From: Neophaeotheca triangularis
Lineage: Eukaryota
Length of the DNA stretch: 64,000 bases
Assembly (NCBI GenBank): GCA_054600435.1
Contig: BAAIJX010000051.1
Span: forward strand, 62,001-126,000
Direction: 5' to 3'
The notes beneath the pieces are model-generated. The model was not told the DNA's origin, made no database searches, and saw nothing but the letters and a program-made list of their open reading frames with translations. Positions 47,891-58,312 of this stretch are shown piece after piece. A program made the position numbers and the translations under genes. The first letter of the stretch is position 1, and each line of letters opens with the position of its first letter.

Positions 47891-50413
47891 TCAACCAAGG
47901 GGATTTCCCTTCTCCTCGACATCCGTAAACCTCGGCTCGCCCAGCGGCGTCAGGCCGTCTCTGCCCAAATCGACAGTATCCGGATGTTCCAGACTCTCCT
48001 TTTCCACCCCGCTTTCTTTGCCATCCTCTGCAGTTTCCGCACGGCTTGGGTCGAGGAGGGTGGGGGACTGGGGTTCGCGCTCGGTCCGCCGGGCCCTGAT
48101 TTGCTCGTCCCTGCTCGCCGCGTTCTTGAGATTCGACACTTCGGTAATACTCCCCAATCTACCTGCACCTGGCTTCTCACTCTTAGACTTTCCCGGCGAC
48201 GTCTGCTGCTGCGGTGGCGTATCGGCCCCGTCCCCCAACTCCCCCTCGCAACCAACCGGAACTCTACAATCCTGCCGTGTCTCCGGATCCACCGTGCGCC
48301 AAATCACCTCCCTGACTTCCTTGCCGACCTTCTCGAGCATATCCATAGCCCAAATGACGTCCAAATGCTCGTAGCCCTCGATGATCTTCTTATGGACGAT
48401 ACGCACATGGGGCTCGCGGCCGCGGTCGAAACGGCGCAGCAGCCGACGTCCATCGACGAGGTCGTCGGCGCCGCAGACCCAGAGTGCGAGCGGCGGGAAG
48501 CGGGAGTCGTACCAGGCGAATTTGCCGCGAGAAGAGTCGTGGTGTTGGTGGGTCAGTTGCTGGCAGTGGAAAGAGGTGAGATTGCGCTGGAGTTTGCGGC
48601 GTTCCGTGATGTGCGGTTCGCGATCGACGTAGTATTTGCGGATGACCTCATCGTCCTCCTCGTCCTCTTTGTCTTCCAGCTTGCCCTCATCGCGCGTGGC
48701 GAGGATGCATTTTTGCTTGGCGAAGCATTCGCGCCCCAGCCACCAGCGCATGCTCTCGCTGCTGACGTAAACGGGCGCGAACTGGAACATGCGGTCGCGG
48801 AGGCCGCGGTCCCATTTGCTGTCGCTCCAGTTGAAGAGGAAGCTGAAGACGCGGTATCCCATGGCGCCGTAGAGGCGGCCCGGGAGCAGGGCGTGCATTT
48901 TCATCATGAAGGGGATGAAGCTGTGGATACCAAAGATCATGCGGAAGATGGAGGGCGAGACGACGCGCATGAATTTGAAGTACATTTTGCCGATTAACGG
49001 GCCCGCGTAGGCTGCGGGTGCGAGAGCGCAGAAGACGGAGATTTTCTCGCCAATGTCCGGGCGTTGCTCTTTGGCTAGGGCTACGAAAGATTGCGTTGTG
49101 CCTTGAGAGTGTGCGATGAGGGCGAGTTTGGGAAAACCGGTCTCCGCTAGGACGCGCGAGATGAGGGCAGGCAGGTCCATGACGCCCATTTGCCGAATGT
49201 TCCACGCCCACATGCGTGGGTCTTCATATTCTAGCATTGTGTGTCTGGGGTTGAAACCGCAGCGGTTGTTGCCCAGCCAGACATCGTAGCCGGATTTGGC
49301 AAGGAAGAAGGCCATGCTTTGGTCGTCGTTGCAGCAGTATGCGCCGCCGGATTGGAGGAGGCCGTGCATCATCAGGATTGGGTAGCGTTTGTCTCCGGGT
49401 TGGTAGTTGGCTTGAGTCTCGGCGAAACACGAGTCTTTGGAAGTGGTGCGGAACAGCTCTGGGGAGTGTGCTCGGCGTTGCGAAGACTGAGGGTTCTTGT
49501 ACTCGCGAGGATTGAAGATATGCCAGAGTTCGATGATGAAGCCGTCTTCGGTCTGAACTTCAAAGCTTTCCGCATCCAACCCTACTCGTCGCGCATAGTA
49601 GGTTACGCTGCATACTAGTGGGTCAGGACCGCCTTCTGTAGGCACAAACTCAGTATCCTCTTCTAGCAAGCCCTTTTCGTTTGACGGTGTCCGCGTGCCT
49701 CTGCTCTTCTTCCCCTCTACCCAAGCTCTATCCTCCTCCCGCCTGGTCCTTTTCAGCTTCTCCTCCTCTTCAAAGAAAGGTCTCCTTCTGTCAGGATTCC
49801 TCAGCATCAACCGAATGCGAATATGCTCCAGCATCATAGGTATACTCGTAAAAGCTGCACCAAGCACAATCACGAGCAAGAAGCACAATGACAGCACAGC
49901 CGAGGTCGCGCGGAAGAACCAACACTGCAATTGGCGAAATTGGGTCGGCGGGCCATACATGGGTAAGGGGGGAAACAGCGGGTTCGTCCTCGAAGGCGGT
50001 ATCGCGTCCCTCAAAGGCGCACCCGCCGCATCGCTCTGATGGCTCGACTCGACCTCTGTAGGGGTAGCACCGTGGATGGTGCCATCCTTGGCCGGCCTCT
50101 GACCTGCGCGCGGTGGGCCTTGCGGGTCCCTCCCTTCAAGCTCGTCCTTCAGCTGATTCAGCTTGATGGCTTCATCTAAGGGTACTGCCGGCAATCTGCC
50201 CCCATTGGCAGTCTCCACAACAGGGTCCTGCGCGGTGATGAACTTGGCCTCTATGGCTTGCGTCGACCCGGTCGTATCATCTTCCTGGGTAGGGTTGAAT
50301 TGCGCGAGCTTCTCGGCCTGGTGCGCAAATTCGATGACTTTTTCGCTCTCGTGATCTACCACGCGATTGGTCTGGTCCCCGAGGGTCTGTACTGTTTCTT
50401 CCGAGGAAGGCAT
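47891..50413 (-). CDS. Alpha/beta-hydrolase lipase, steryl-ester hydrolase type (Yeh1/Yeh2/Tgl1-like)
   Basis: FEVQTEDGFIIELWHI, MMHGLLQS, GYDVWLGNNR, nucleophile AHSQG, YEHLDVIWA, and one N-terminal TM segment. Confidence 0.9.
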   Translation of the reverse strand: MPSSEETVQTLGDQTNRVVDHESEKVIEFAHQAEKLAQFNPTQEDDTTGSTQAIEAKFITAQDPVVETANGGRLPAVPLDEAIKLNQLKDELEGRDPQGPPRAGQRPAKDGTIHGATPTEVESSHQSDAAGAPLRDAIPPSRTNPLFPPLPMYGPPTQFRQLQCWFFRATSAVLSLCFLLVIVLGAAFTSIPMMLEHIRIRLMLRNPDRRRPFFEEEEKLKRTRREEDRAWVEGKKSRGTRTPSNEKGLLEEDTEFVPTEGGPDPLVCSVTYYARRVGLDAESFEVQTEDGFIIELWHIFNPREYKNPQSSQRRAHSPELFRTTSKDSCFAETQANYQPGDKRYPILMMHGLLQSGGAYCCNDDQSMAFFLAKSGYDVWLGNNRCGFNPRHTMLEYEDPRMWAWNIRQMGVMDLPALISRVLAETGFPKLALIAHSQGTTQSFVALAKEQRPDIGEKISVFCALAPAAYAGPLIGKMYFKFMRVVSPSIFRMIFGIHSFIPFMMKMHALLPGRLYGAMGYRVFSFLFNWSDSKWDRGLRDRMFQFAPVYVSSESMRWWLGRECFAKQKCILATRDEGKLEDKEDEEDDEVIRKYYVDREPHITERRKLQRNLTSFHCQQLTHQHHDSSRGKFAWYDSRFPPLALWVCGADDLVDGRRLLRRFDRGREPHVRIVHKKIIEGYEHLDVIWAMDMLEKVGKEVREVIWRTVDPETRQDCRVPVGCEGELGDGADTPPQQQTSPGKSKSEKPGAGRLGSITEVSNLKNAASRDEQIRARRTEREPQSPTLLDPSRAETAEDGKESGVEKESLEHPDTVDLGRDGLTPLGEPRFTDVEEKGNPLG

Positions 50414-50701
50414 GGCGATGCGGTGTATGGGAGGGGAGATAGCATTCCAGTCGTCGTTGGGGGGGTTACCTAGGTACGGTACTTGCTTTTTGCAAGATCA
50501 GACGGAACGCGGACGAAGAAGGAGCATTGACAAAAAGGTTAGACGGAAGGGAAAGACAGAGTTGCTCCTACGGTCCTACCATGGCGGGAGTAGTGGAGGG
50601 AGAGTCAGGACGGCACGTGGGAGGCGACATGTCTTTGGTGAAGTAATAATTAAGATAAGTCGGGTGCCCATCGGACTCTTCTGTCTGGTTGGTTGAGAGT
50701 G

Positions 50702-50757
50702 AGACTCGACTACCTTAGTACGGTAAGTTAGACTCGACTACCTTAACACGGTAGGTT
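50702..50757. repeat. 28-bp imperfect tandem duplication
   Basis: agactcgactaccttagtacggtaagtt followed by agactcgactaccttaacacggtaggtt. Confidence 0.85.
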
Positions 50758-51578
50758 GCATCGCCAACCTTGGAATGCCCTGGACGACGGGACGACGGGA
50801 CGTTGGATTGTGATTGAGGCGCTAAATGACATGACGTCGACGAGAAGAAGAGAGTGGCTGGGCTGGCTGCAGTGTCTACGTACCTAACCTGGAGGTAGCG
50901 CACGGCACGTCGGTCCTTCCGCTGCAGTGTCTACCTAGCTAGGTTGGTGGTCAGCGGTGTGGAGGATTTGGGGGCTAGGTGGTGGCGGAAGCCGCCTAGC
51001 GACGACAATGATGATGACTACTTATTAACAACATATGATTATTGTGATCCCCGCCATTGCTACATTACCTTACTTTCCGCATTTGGCAACTCGTCGTCTT
51101 TATCCCGGCTGCCTGGCAGCGGAGATATCCCCTAGGCCTCCATCCCCTGCCACCTCATGCCGAAATTTACCTGTCGCTGAAAGCACATGAAAGCATACAT
51201 ACTAGTAGGTACGAAGCTAGGGTAGGTATCTACCGGCTTGGGCTTTGCTCTGTACAATGATTTGCTTAGTGCAGGTGATGCTAGTTTGCTAGTGGTTTTT
51301 TGTCATGTGAAAGCAGGAAGTTAATGTAGCTATAATAATAATATAGTACCGTACCGTACTATAGGTAGGTAACTACCTACCTATGTATGTACGTACCTAC
51401 ATAGGTACTGGAGGCGCGACTGCAGCTCTAATACAGTAACAAGCGGGGTAGAGGTCTGGTAGGTGGTGCCGGCGGGCATCCATTGCACTTCACTTACTAC
51501 TTTTTGCTTTGTCCTTGGCCAAGTACTGTACCTTTGATTCTTCATCTCCCTTCGACGCTTCGAATCGTCGACCCTAAC

Positions 51579-52487
51579 ATGCGGGCAAGTACAAAGATGC
51601 TGCTAGGCACGCTCGGCCTTCTCGCCTCCAGCTGTCTTGGAGAAGCAATTTCGAAAGACCAAATTCCCCTGGACGGATCCTCAAAAGATATCGAGCTAAA
51701 TGGCGCCAAACAAAACACCATTCTGCAAGCGTACGCCCACAATCACTGCCCAATCTCAGACGCCTTCACTAACGCTTCGTTCCCCGTCACAGCCTCGAGG
51801 ATGCAGACATCATTCCCTCAATCATCCCCAAATTCACACCCACCTTCAACGTCAACGTCTCTTGGACCCATGCCCAAAGCGATCTAGGCAACGCCCTCGA
51901 CCCCTCCGACGTCCAAGCTCTTCCAAACATAACCCTAACCACCCTCTTTCCCCCGGACTCCGACTACTCCACCACCTGGGCCTTTGGCACCCATCCTTCC
52001 GCTGCACAACTCCCTAAACTCCTCAACCCGACGCCCAAACACCTCCCCCAACTCACCATCGCCCTCACCGACCCAGATGCGCCCAGCCACTCCAACCCAG
52101 AATGGTCGCAAATCTGCCACTGGATCTCTACCAGCTGGCATGGCAACTCCGAAGTGCAGGAGATCATGCCTTGGAAACCTCCAGGACCGCCGCCGACGAC
52201 GGGGAAGCATCGGTATATTTTCGTTGCCATGTTGCCGCTTAATGGTACCACGGATGAGTTGGATCTGAGGAAGCCTGCGGATCGGCAGCACTGGGGGTAT
52301 GAAGGAGAGGGGGAGGGGATTGGGAGGTGGATGCAGGAGATGGGCTTGGGGGTTGTTGGTGAGTCTTTGCGTCGTCTGATTTTTCATTTGCTGCGATTAA
52401 AGGCGTAAAATACACGGCGTAAGTCGTACGTGCTGACACAAAAACGTAGGTGCGAACTTCATGTACGCGCAGAATCAGGAGCAGTGA
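51579..52487 (+). CDS. Phosphatidylethanolamine-binding protein (PEBP/Tfs1-like) with signal peptide; exons 51579-51730, 51793-52358, 52450-52487
   Basis: Manual splicing (introns 51731-51792, 52359-52449) gives LEDADIIPSII, LTIALTDPDAPS, ICHW, PPGPPPTTGKHRYIF, RQHWGY and VVGANFMYAQN. The main exon is only partly shown in the ORF track. Confidence 0.88.
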
Positions 52488-53704
52488 CGAGGTGTAGGCT
52501 CTAGCGCTCGTAACGCTGATGGCGATGCTGAAGTAACATATTTTATTTTATTCATGACCCTGTCGATGACGACCAACAGTTCCAGAACCTCTATCGCAAG
52601 TCTCACCTCATCTACAGGTGACCTACCACACCTGCCTAATAGCTAGCCAACAGCATCTCACAGTCCTCACTGAAGGACCAGACCGTATTACACCTTGACT
52701 ACAGCATCCCAACAAGTGGAGCATCCATCCCAGAGAATACGCTCACGAATTAAACCCAGGACATCACCGCCTGACAGCCATTCGAGCCACAAGAATCTCG
52801 CCGAAACCCAAGCTTTTACTCGCCGAGACCAGCTCCTGCAAGATTCTCAGCGACCTAAACTTCGTTCCCGGCGAGCCAACGCCAAATAGACCACCGCACA
52901 CCAGCGCGACGGTTTTTTAGAGAAACAAGCTCCGGCAGCCGGCCCTGTCATGAAGCCTGTGGGAGAGATTGGCCAGCCTCCGCCGGGATGCAGAAATTCG
53001 TCCACTCACTATTGCCGCATCAATTTTACCACCAATAGGCGGCATTGAGGTATCTCTGAGCTCGACGACCCTCTGGCTGTGGATGATGGTAAGAGCCCTC
53101 GTCGAGCGGGTGTCGCCTCTGAGTTCTGGTTCGTTGTGTTTGGCTCGCTCGCCGAGATGCTGAGAATCCTCCATTCGCTAGCGTCGATTGGAGGCTGCCA
53201 ATCAGTCAAATCAGCGTTTTACTGGTAGAAGGCCTTCGACGCTAAGGAATGGCTGGATTTGGCATCTCGGCCGCTGGCAGGCCGCCATTTGACGTCCGCT
53301 ACTACTTGCTTGGCTCAGACCTGCTTGGTGATTGACTGCGAGGCCGCACCCAGGGTTCCATGTAAATTGGCCAGGGAGGCGATCGCCCAGGTTTTCACAG
53401 TTGACTAGGTACTAAATTTTCTCCTCTCGGCGGCCATCGAGGCGGCTCCGCACATCGCCTCATTCTGGAGGGTGCCGTGTTGCTGCTGCCTTGACCGCAG
53501 ACGTCTACACATTCTTGCGTGGGAACTTGAAGACATTTGCCCCGAATGAAAGATCTCCAACCCTGGGCTAGCGCGAGAAACTTTTGGCCACCGAGACCGG
53601 CAAGAGTTAAGAAGCAGCATGTAAACGGCAGACAAAAGAATGCAAAAGAACGACGCTCCCCGCAGGACAAAATTACACAAGAAGCCTCAAGCTGGCAACG
53701 CTCT

Positions 53705-54241
53705 TCAGCCCTTGAACAAAGACACAGCCCATTCCGTCCACGTCTTCTTCCTCGCCAACCCGCCTTCGCCTGCCCGAACCGCCTCCACTCCATTCTCCGC
53801 CCTTCCCGGCACACCTCCATGCTCAACCCTTCCAGCAACCCCCGGCTCACCACCCCCATCCCCCACTCCCACAGCTCCTCCGTCCCCCCTCCCCCCCAAA
53901 TCCCCCATCGGAATCCCCGCCCCAGCCTGCTCATCCTGCCGCTCCGTAGCCCCCTCCTCTCCCTCGTCCTCCCCCTCACTCCCCAAGCAACTCTTCAGCC
54001 CATCCCACACGCGGCCCATCCGTTTCCAAGCGTTCGGATAGAGCTCCGACAACCGTGCGAACGCCACGAGACCTTTGACAACCGAGACCACGATGAAGAG
54101 GATCATGGCGACCCAGAGCGCGTTGTACATGTGTGCGTCGTTGGGCGAGAACCAGCGATTCACGCGCGCAGCGGTCGGGGTGGGTTCCGGTAGCGCTGGG
54201 CTTGGTTCGGGTGAGGAGGGTTGTTGAGGCAAGGCGGCCAT
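53705..54241 (-). CDS. Hypothetical single-pass membrane protein
   Basis: 178-aa ORF with start context CGCCACCATGG and a TM segment ALWVAMILFIVVSVVKGLVAF. Confidence 0.55.
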   Translation of the reverse strand: MAALPQQPSSPEPSPALPEPTPTAARVNRWFSPNDAHMYNALWVAMILFIVVSVVKGLVAFARLSELYPNAWKRMGRVWDGLKSCLGSEGEDEGEEGATERQDEQAGAGIPMGDLGGRGDGGAVGVGDGGGEPGVAGRVEHGGVPGRAENGVEAVRAGEGGLARKKTWTEWAVSLFKG

Positions 54242-54339
54242 GGTGGCGGGCTATACTCTGTGGTGTCTGGAGATTGGGTGGGTATAGTATAGATGCTTGG
54301 CCAAAGTGGCACGAGTGTTGGTCTCGGATGTTTGGTATC

Positions 54340-54524
54340 TGGTGTTTAGATCTTCGGATGTCGGTGTGGTGGTGGTTTGGGCAAGGGTCCGGGTTCACGG
54401 ATAGACTCGAGGGCGGACAGGGTGCCTGGTTGGACGGTTGGTGTTTGCGTCTAAGAATGTCCTTGTAGTGGTAGATGGGGCAGTGGTGTGGGTTTATAGA
54501 TAGAGTCGAGGGTGGAAAGGGTGC
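54340..54524. repeat. Diverged 99-bp-period tandem duplication
   Basis: Copies start at 54340 and 54439 (tggtgttt..gatag..tcgaggg.gga.agggtgc). Confidence 0.8.
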
Positions 54525-54599
54525 AGGTTGCCTGCCTCCTTTTTGTGTATAGCCATTGTTTGCGATTGGCAAAGTTACTGTGGTTCGAAAAATCACAAA

Positions 54600-56100
54600 T
54601 CGAGCTCAGTATATGAGATATAACGTGGATTTCATGTGTTAGGGTCAGGGGACTAGGAGGGGAGTTACTAGTATTTGTAGTAACTAGGAGGTAGAGGGGA
54701 GGGAGGTTTTTGACTAAGGAGGAAGTTTGTAGCTTATGTATAAAGGATGCTTGCAACGTCTGACTTGTATTCTCTTTGTATTCCTACCTTGGGAATTCTT
54801 TTGTTGCCTGTTTTCAAGAAAGACTTACTAGGGAGGCTTTAGTCTCAGTTCATTTCTTAGCTTCTTTAACTTCACTTTCTAGCTTTACACATTTCACTCC
54901 ATTTTCTCTGATCTTTTCTTTAGATTTCACTTGGCTCTGAACACCTGCTTAAAATCTTAGAAGACATCTAGCTCTTTCCAAAGAAGTGTTCCTCGCTAGC
55001 GAACAGAGGATGCTTTCTCGCATTCTTAACTCTAAGGCTTCTACATAGTATCAAGTCTTCATCCCACTTGAACTAAAGCTATCGCCTATCCCTACTCTTC
55101 ACAAAAAGACCTTCCTTAACGGGCTCTTCCTACGTTGTCCTCGATAACACCGAATCGAAAATCCTATCTAGACCCGAGCGGCTTATCCCCTAATCTTTAT
55201 TACTATCCTACTCGCTTTATGAATACTGACATCTGACCTCCCGACCCTCGACTCCGATTACAAACTAATTCTAATCGCCAAATAACTACTACAAAGACAT
55301 CTTAACTTCTAACATCTAAAATTGAGAGAGTACTACCGCTATTCAAAACAACTACAATTTTACTCATCTCCGTCCTTAGGTTAAGTAAGAATAGTAGTAG
55401 TATCGACTAGAGCCACCTTCCCACTACTCCCTTTGCAGTCTTGTACATTGTAATGGTCACGGCGATCACTATCGACTTCCTCTTTGACCTCTTTCTGTGC
55501 GGCCGTGGCTTTGCTCGTGAGAATGGGCCTTGTCAGCATTTGTTCAACCCGCATGGCTGGTAGGCTAATCTCAGGATTGACAAGGACGGCAGCGAGGATC
55601 TCTAGAGCCAGGAAGCGGACAAGGTCTCCGCAGGTGCCGAAAGCACGAGGGGCCCAGGACTCGCTGGAGAATTGTGCAGCGATAGCCGTCTTCTCCGATG
55701 TCGATGGCTTCGTTGGGGTTATCTTGCTCCATGCTGGTATCAGCGGAATCGTGGGATAGGCGGCAACGCAGTGGAGTTGTGACGTCGTCACCAGCGAAGT
55801 CTCGGTCGTCGTCCTCGGTGGTTTCGATGATTGACGAGAAGATGCTATCATGCAACCCCAGCGGCAGCGGCAGCGGCAAGTAGTGTCGGGGTGACATCTG
55901 CGTTGCTGCTCGAGCTCTATAATGTGTAGCATAGGTTCTTGGCGGCGTGAATGCGATAATTCGCCTAGATGTTAAGGGGGAAGAGAGCTCGTAGGTGCGA
56001 TAAGTAAGTTGCCTAGGCTCGCGTACAAATGTGCTTTTTAAAGGGTACTGTATGATCAACCCTAGAGGACGTAAAAGTGCCCGAGGAGGCGTAGTAATGA
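54600..56100. pseudogene. RIP-like degenerate relic (AT/TpA-rich flanks around a GC-rich ORF-bearing core at about 55440-55930)
   Basis: Visible excess of TA/TAG/TAA and short broken reading frames compared with neighbouring genes; no recognisable domain. Confidence 0.45.
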
Positions 56101-56965
56101 GAGAGAATTCCTCTAGCCATGATTGATACTTATATTTGACGCCGAGCGCATCTAAGTGCCACGAGGCGTGAGCTTACTGGCAGTGTTTGACGATATGAGT
56201 GCTGTCAAGGGCACAGCTACAGTAGCGAGCAAGAGAGTCAGGGGGATGCATGTGAATGGTCAAGGTAGTACTGCTGCGATTGAGCAGCGGCTACCCCTGT
56301 TGTAGTGTACGTACCAAGTGCCTCACGAAGCGCTAGACCTTGGTCGAAAGAGGCAGCATTTGTAGTGTGAGAGGAAAAATAAAATCAGGCTGTCACTAGG
56401 AAGCCGGGAATAAAGCTCTTCCAAAGAGCGGGATGTATAGGCGTTGCTTCGATGGCTGCCCTTCAACAGAATCGTGTCGAAGGCCAAGAACGAGCAACCC
56501 CGGGCAGGGTCCAGGCACCGCGGTGATGAGCTTCATAGTTCGGGTCTTACACAAATGCAAGCCTGACAATGCGAGCGTGTGTTTGTAGAACAGCAGTGCA
56601 GAGCTGACGTAGGGTTCGCTCATTGCCTTCAATGGCTGAAGTCCAGCTTCCGGAAGTTCACTTTCACTGACGCTAGCCGCATTTGGCGTGGTACAATTTT
56701 TAGCATAGCGACTACTATCTGAGCTTGGGGTGTGAACCATCATACAACAGTGCTGACAAGAAACGACAAACTCCACGATGAGGCGAACCGCGATTATCTG
56801 CTGTAGCCGTCTCACAGTACCTAGAGTCGGCGAGCTCCTCGAGCCTCGGCTCTGTTCGGCACAAGTATGCTCGGTCTGTATGTAAGCAAAGTCGTTCTTT
56901 GCACTTGGTGAGATTAACTCCTTGATCTACAAGTCGTTGGATCAGTCGTGCATAGCTCAGGTACC

Positions 56966-57569
56966 ATGGCACCAGCGAAATCACCTTCTCAGCAGCATTT
57001 CCCGCTAGCTGGGGGCGCAACCGACGGGTGGTCTACTGAGACAGACGCCACGGCAACATGTTACTGCGGAGAGGTGCAACTAGCCTTCGTGAGTGAGGCA
57101 TCCATCACATGTTCTGTACCTTTTCTGACTCCTATCCCAGCCAACTCAAAAGCCAGGCCTCATCACAACCTTCGTCTGCAACTGCACAGACTGCCGCAAG
57201 ATCACAGCCTCAATGTTCGCCAGCAACTTCATCATCCACAAAGACTACGTAAAGCACCTTCGAGGCCGCGAAAATCTGACGCGATTCGGGCAGTCAAAAA
57301 CCATCGCGACTGGCAACACCATGATCAACTATTTCTGCAAGACGTGCGGCACGCTCATGTATCGCATCAGCTCAGGACCACGGTCTTCGGGCGACTATGT
57401 CATGAGGCTTGGAACGGTGGACGATTTCAACCTCCACGAGACCAGTCTGAGACCACAATTCGAAGCTTTTACCAAGGATCGGGTGTCCTGGTTTCCTGGC
57501 TGTGAGACGGTTGTGCAGTACAAGACCTTTCCCACAAAGCAGCCAAAGGCGCTAGCGGGCAAGCTGTAA
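56966..57569 (+). CDS. GFA / CENP-V (Mss4-like) zinc protein; exons 56966-57088, 57141-57569
   Basis: ATCYCGEVQ | FVCNCTDCRK .. YFCKTCGT zinc motifs. Intron 57089-57140 (GTGAGT..CTGAC..CAG). Confidence 0.9.
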
Positions 57570-57644
57570 TGCTTGAAACCAGATTACGAGGCCGACGCCT
57601 CACGATCCAAAGCACTGACACCCACTGCCCAGCCCTGCCCTGCC

Positions 57645-57926
57645 CTAATCCTCATCACTTTCCCACTCCTCCCCCATCCCTTTCGGCCAAGCGAAAGCCC
57701 AGCTCTCCCTCGAACGATAACCCCCCTGGTCCCTATCTTCCTTCCTCCATCGTTTGAGCCAAAGGCTCCCAATATCCAACGCTATCATGGCCGAGCTGTA
57801 GCATGCCGAGAACAGGTTCGCGAGAGTTTGGAGAGCGACCAGAGTCACCAGGAGGGCTATGGAGGTGGCGATGGCGATGACGAGCGCGAGCGCGACGGGT
57901 TTGAGTAGGTGGTCGAGGGCGAGCAT
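57645..57926 (-). CDS. Small hypothetical membrane protein
   Basis: 93-aa ORF with A-rich start context (AAAAAACCATG) and a long hydrophobic helix. Confidence 0.4.
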   Translation of the reverse strand: MLALDHLLKPVALALVIAIATSIALLVTLVALQTLANLFSACYSSAMIALDIGSLWLKRWRKEDRDQGGYRSRESWAFAWPKGMGEEWESDED

Positions 57927-58312
57927 GGTTTTTTTCGGAGTTCGGAGATGCTCTCGAGTCTTTTTAGGCGGCGAGGAGATGTTAGTTTGGGTTGGTGATG
58001 TTGAAGTTGTTGGAGTAGTTTGTTTTGTTCGGAGAGAATGGCAAGGTTGTTTTTAGAATGGAGGTCGTTGAGCAAAGGGATTGAATGTGTTGGTAGAAGG
58101 TCGAGGTTCGCCAACCTCTTGTATAGTGTGCAAGAACCGGTTACTACTTGTCAGAATGACTGGACTCGGGCAGTCATTGGTACCTATACCAGTCACGAGC
58201 TTGTCGCGGCTCTGAAGGCAGCTTGGCGTCTGTCTCACGCAGCTTCTACAATGACAATCAAGCCACGGTAAGTCGTCAAACGGTACCTCAACCATTACAG
58301 CTAGTTCACTAC

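Noticed and set aside
51929..51941. TAACCCTAACC telomere/telomerase-template-like motif (also near 37603-37616)
   Set aside because: Fewer than two full units, lying in or at the end of protein-coding sequence; consistent with chance in C/A-rich tracts.
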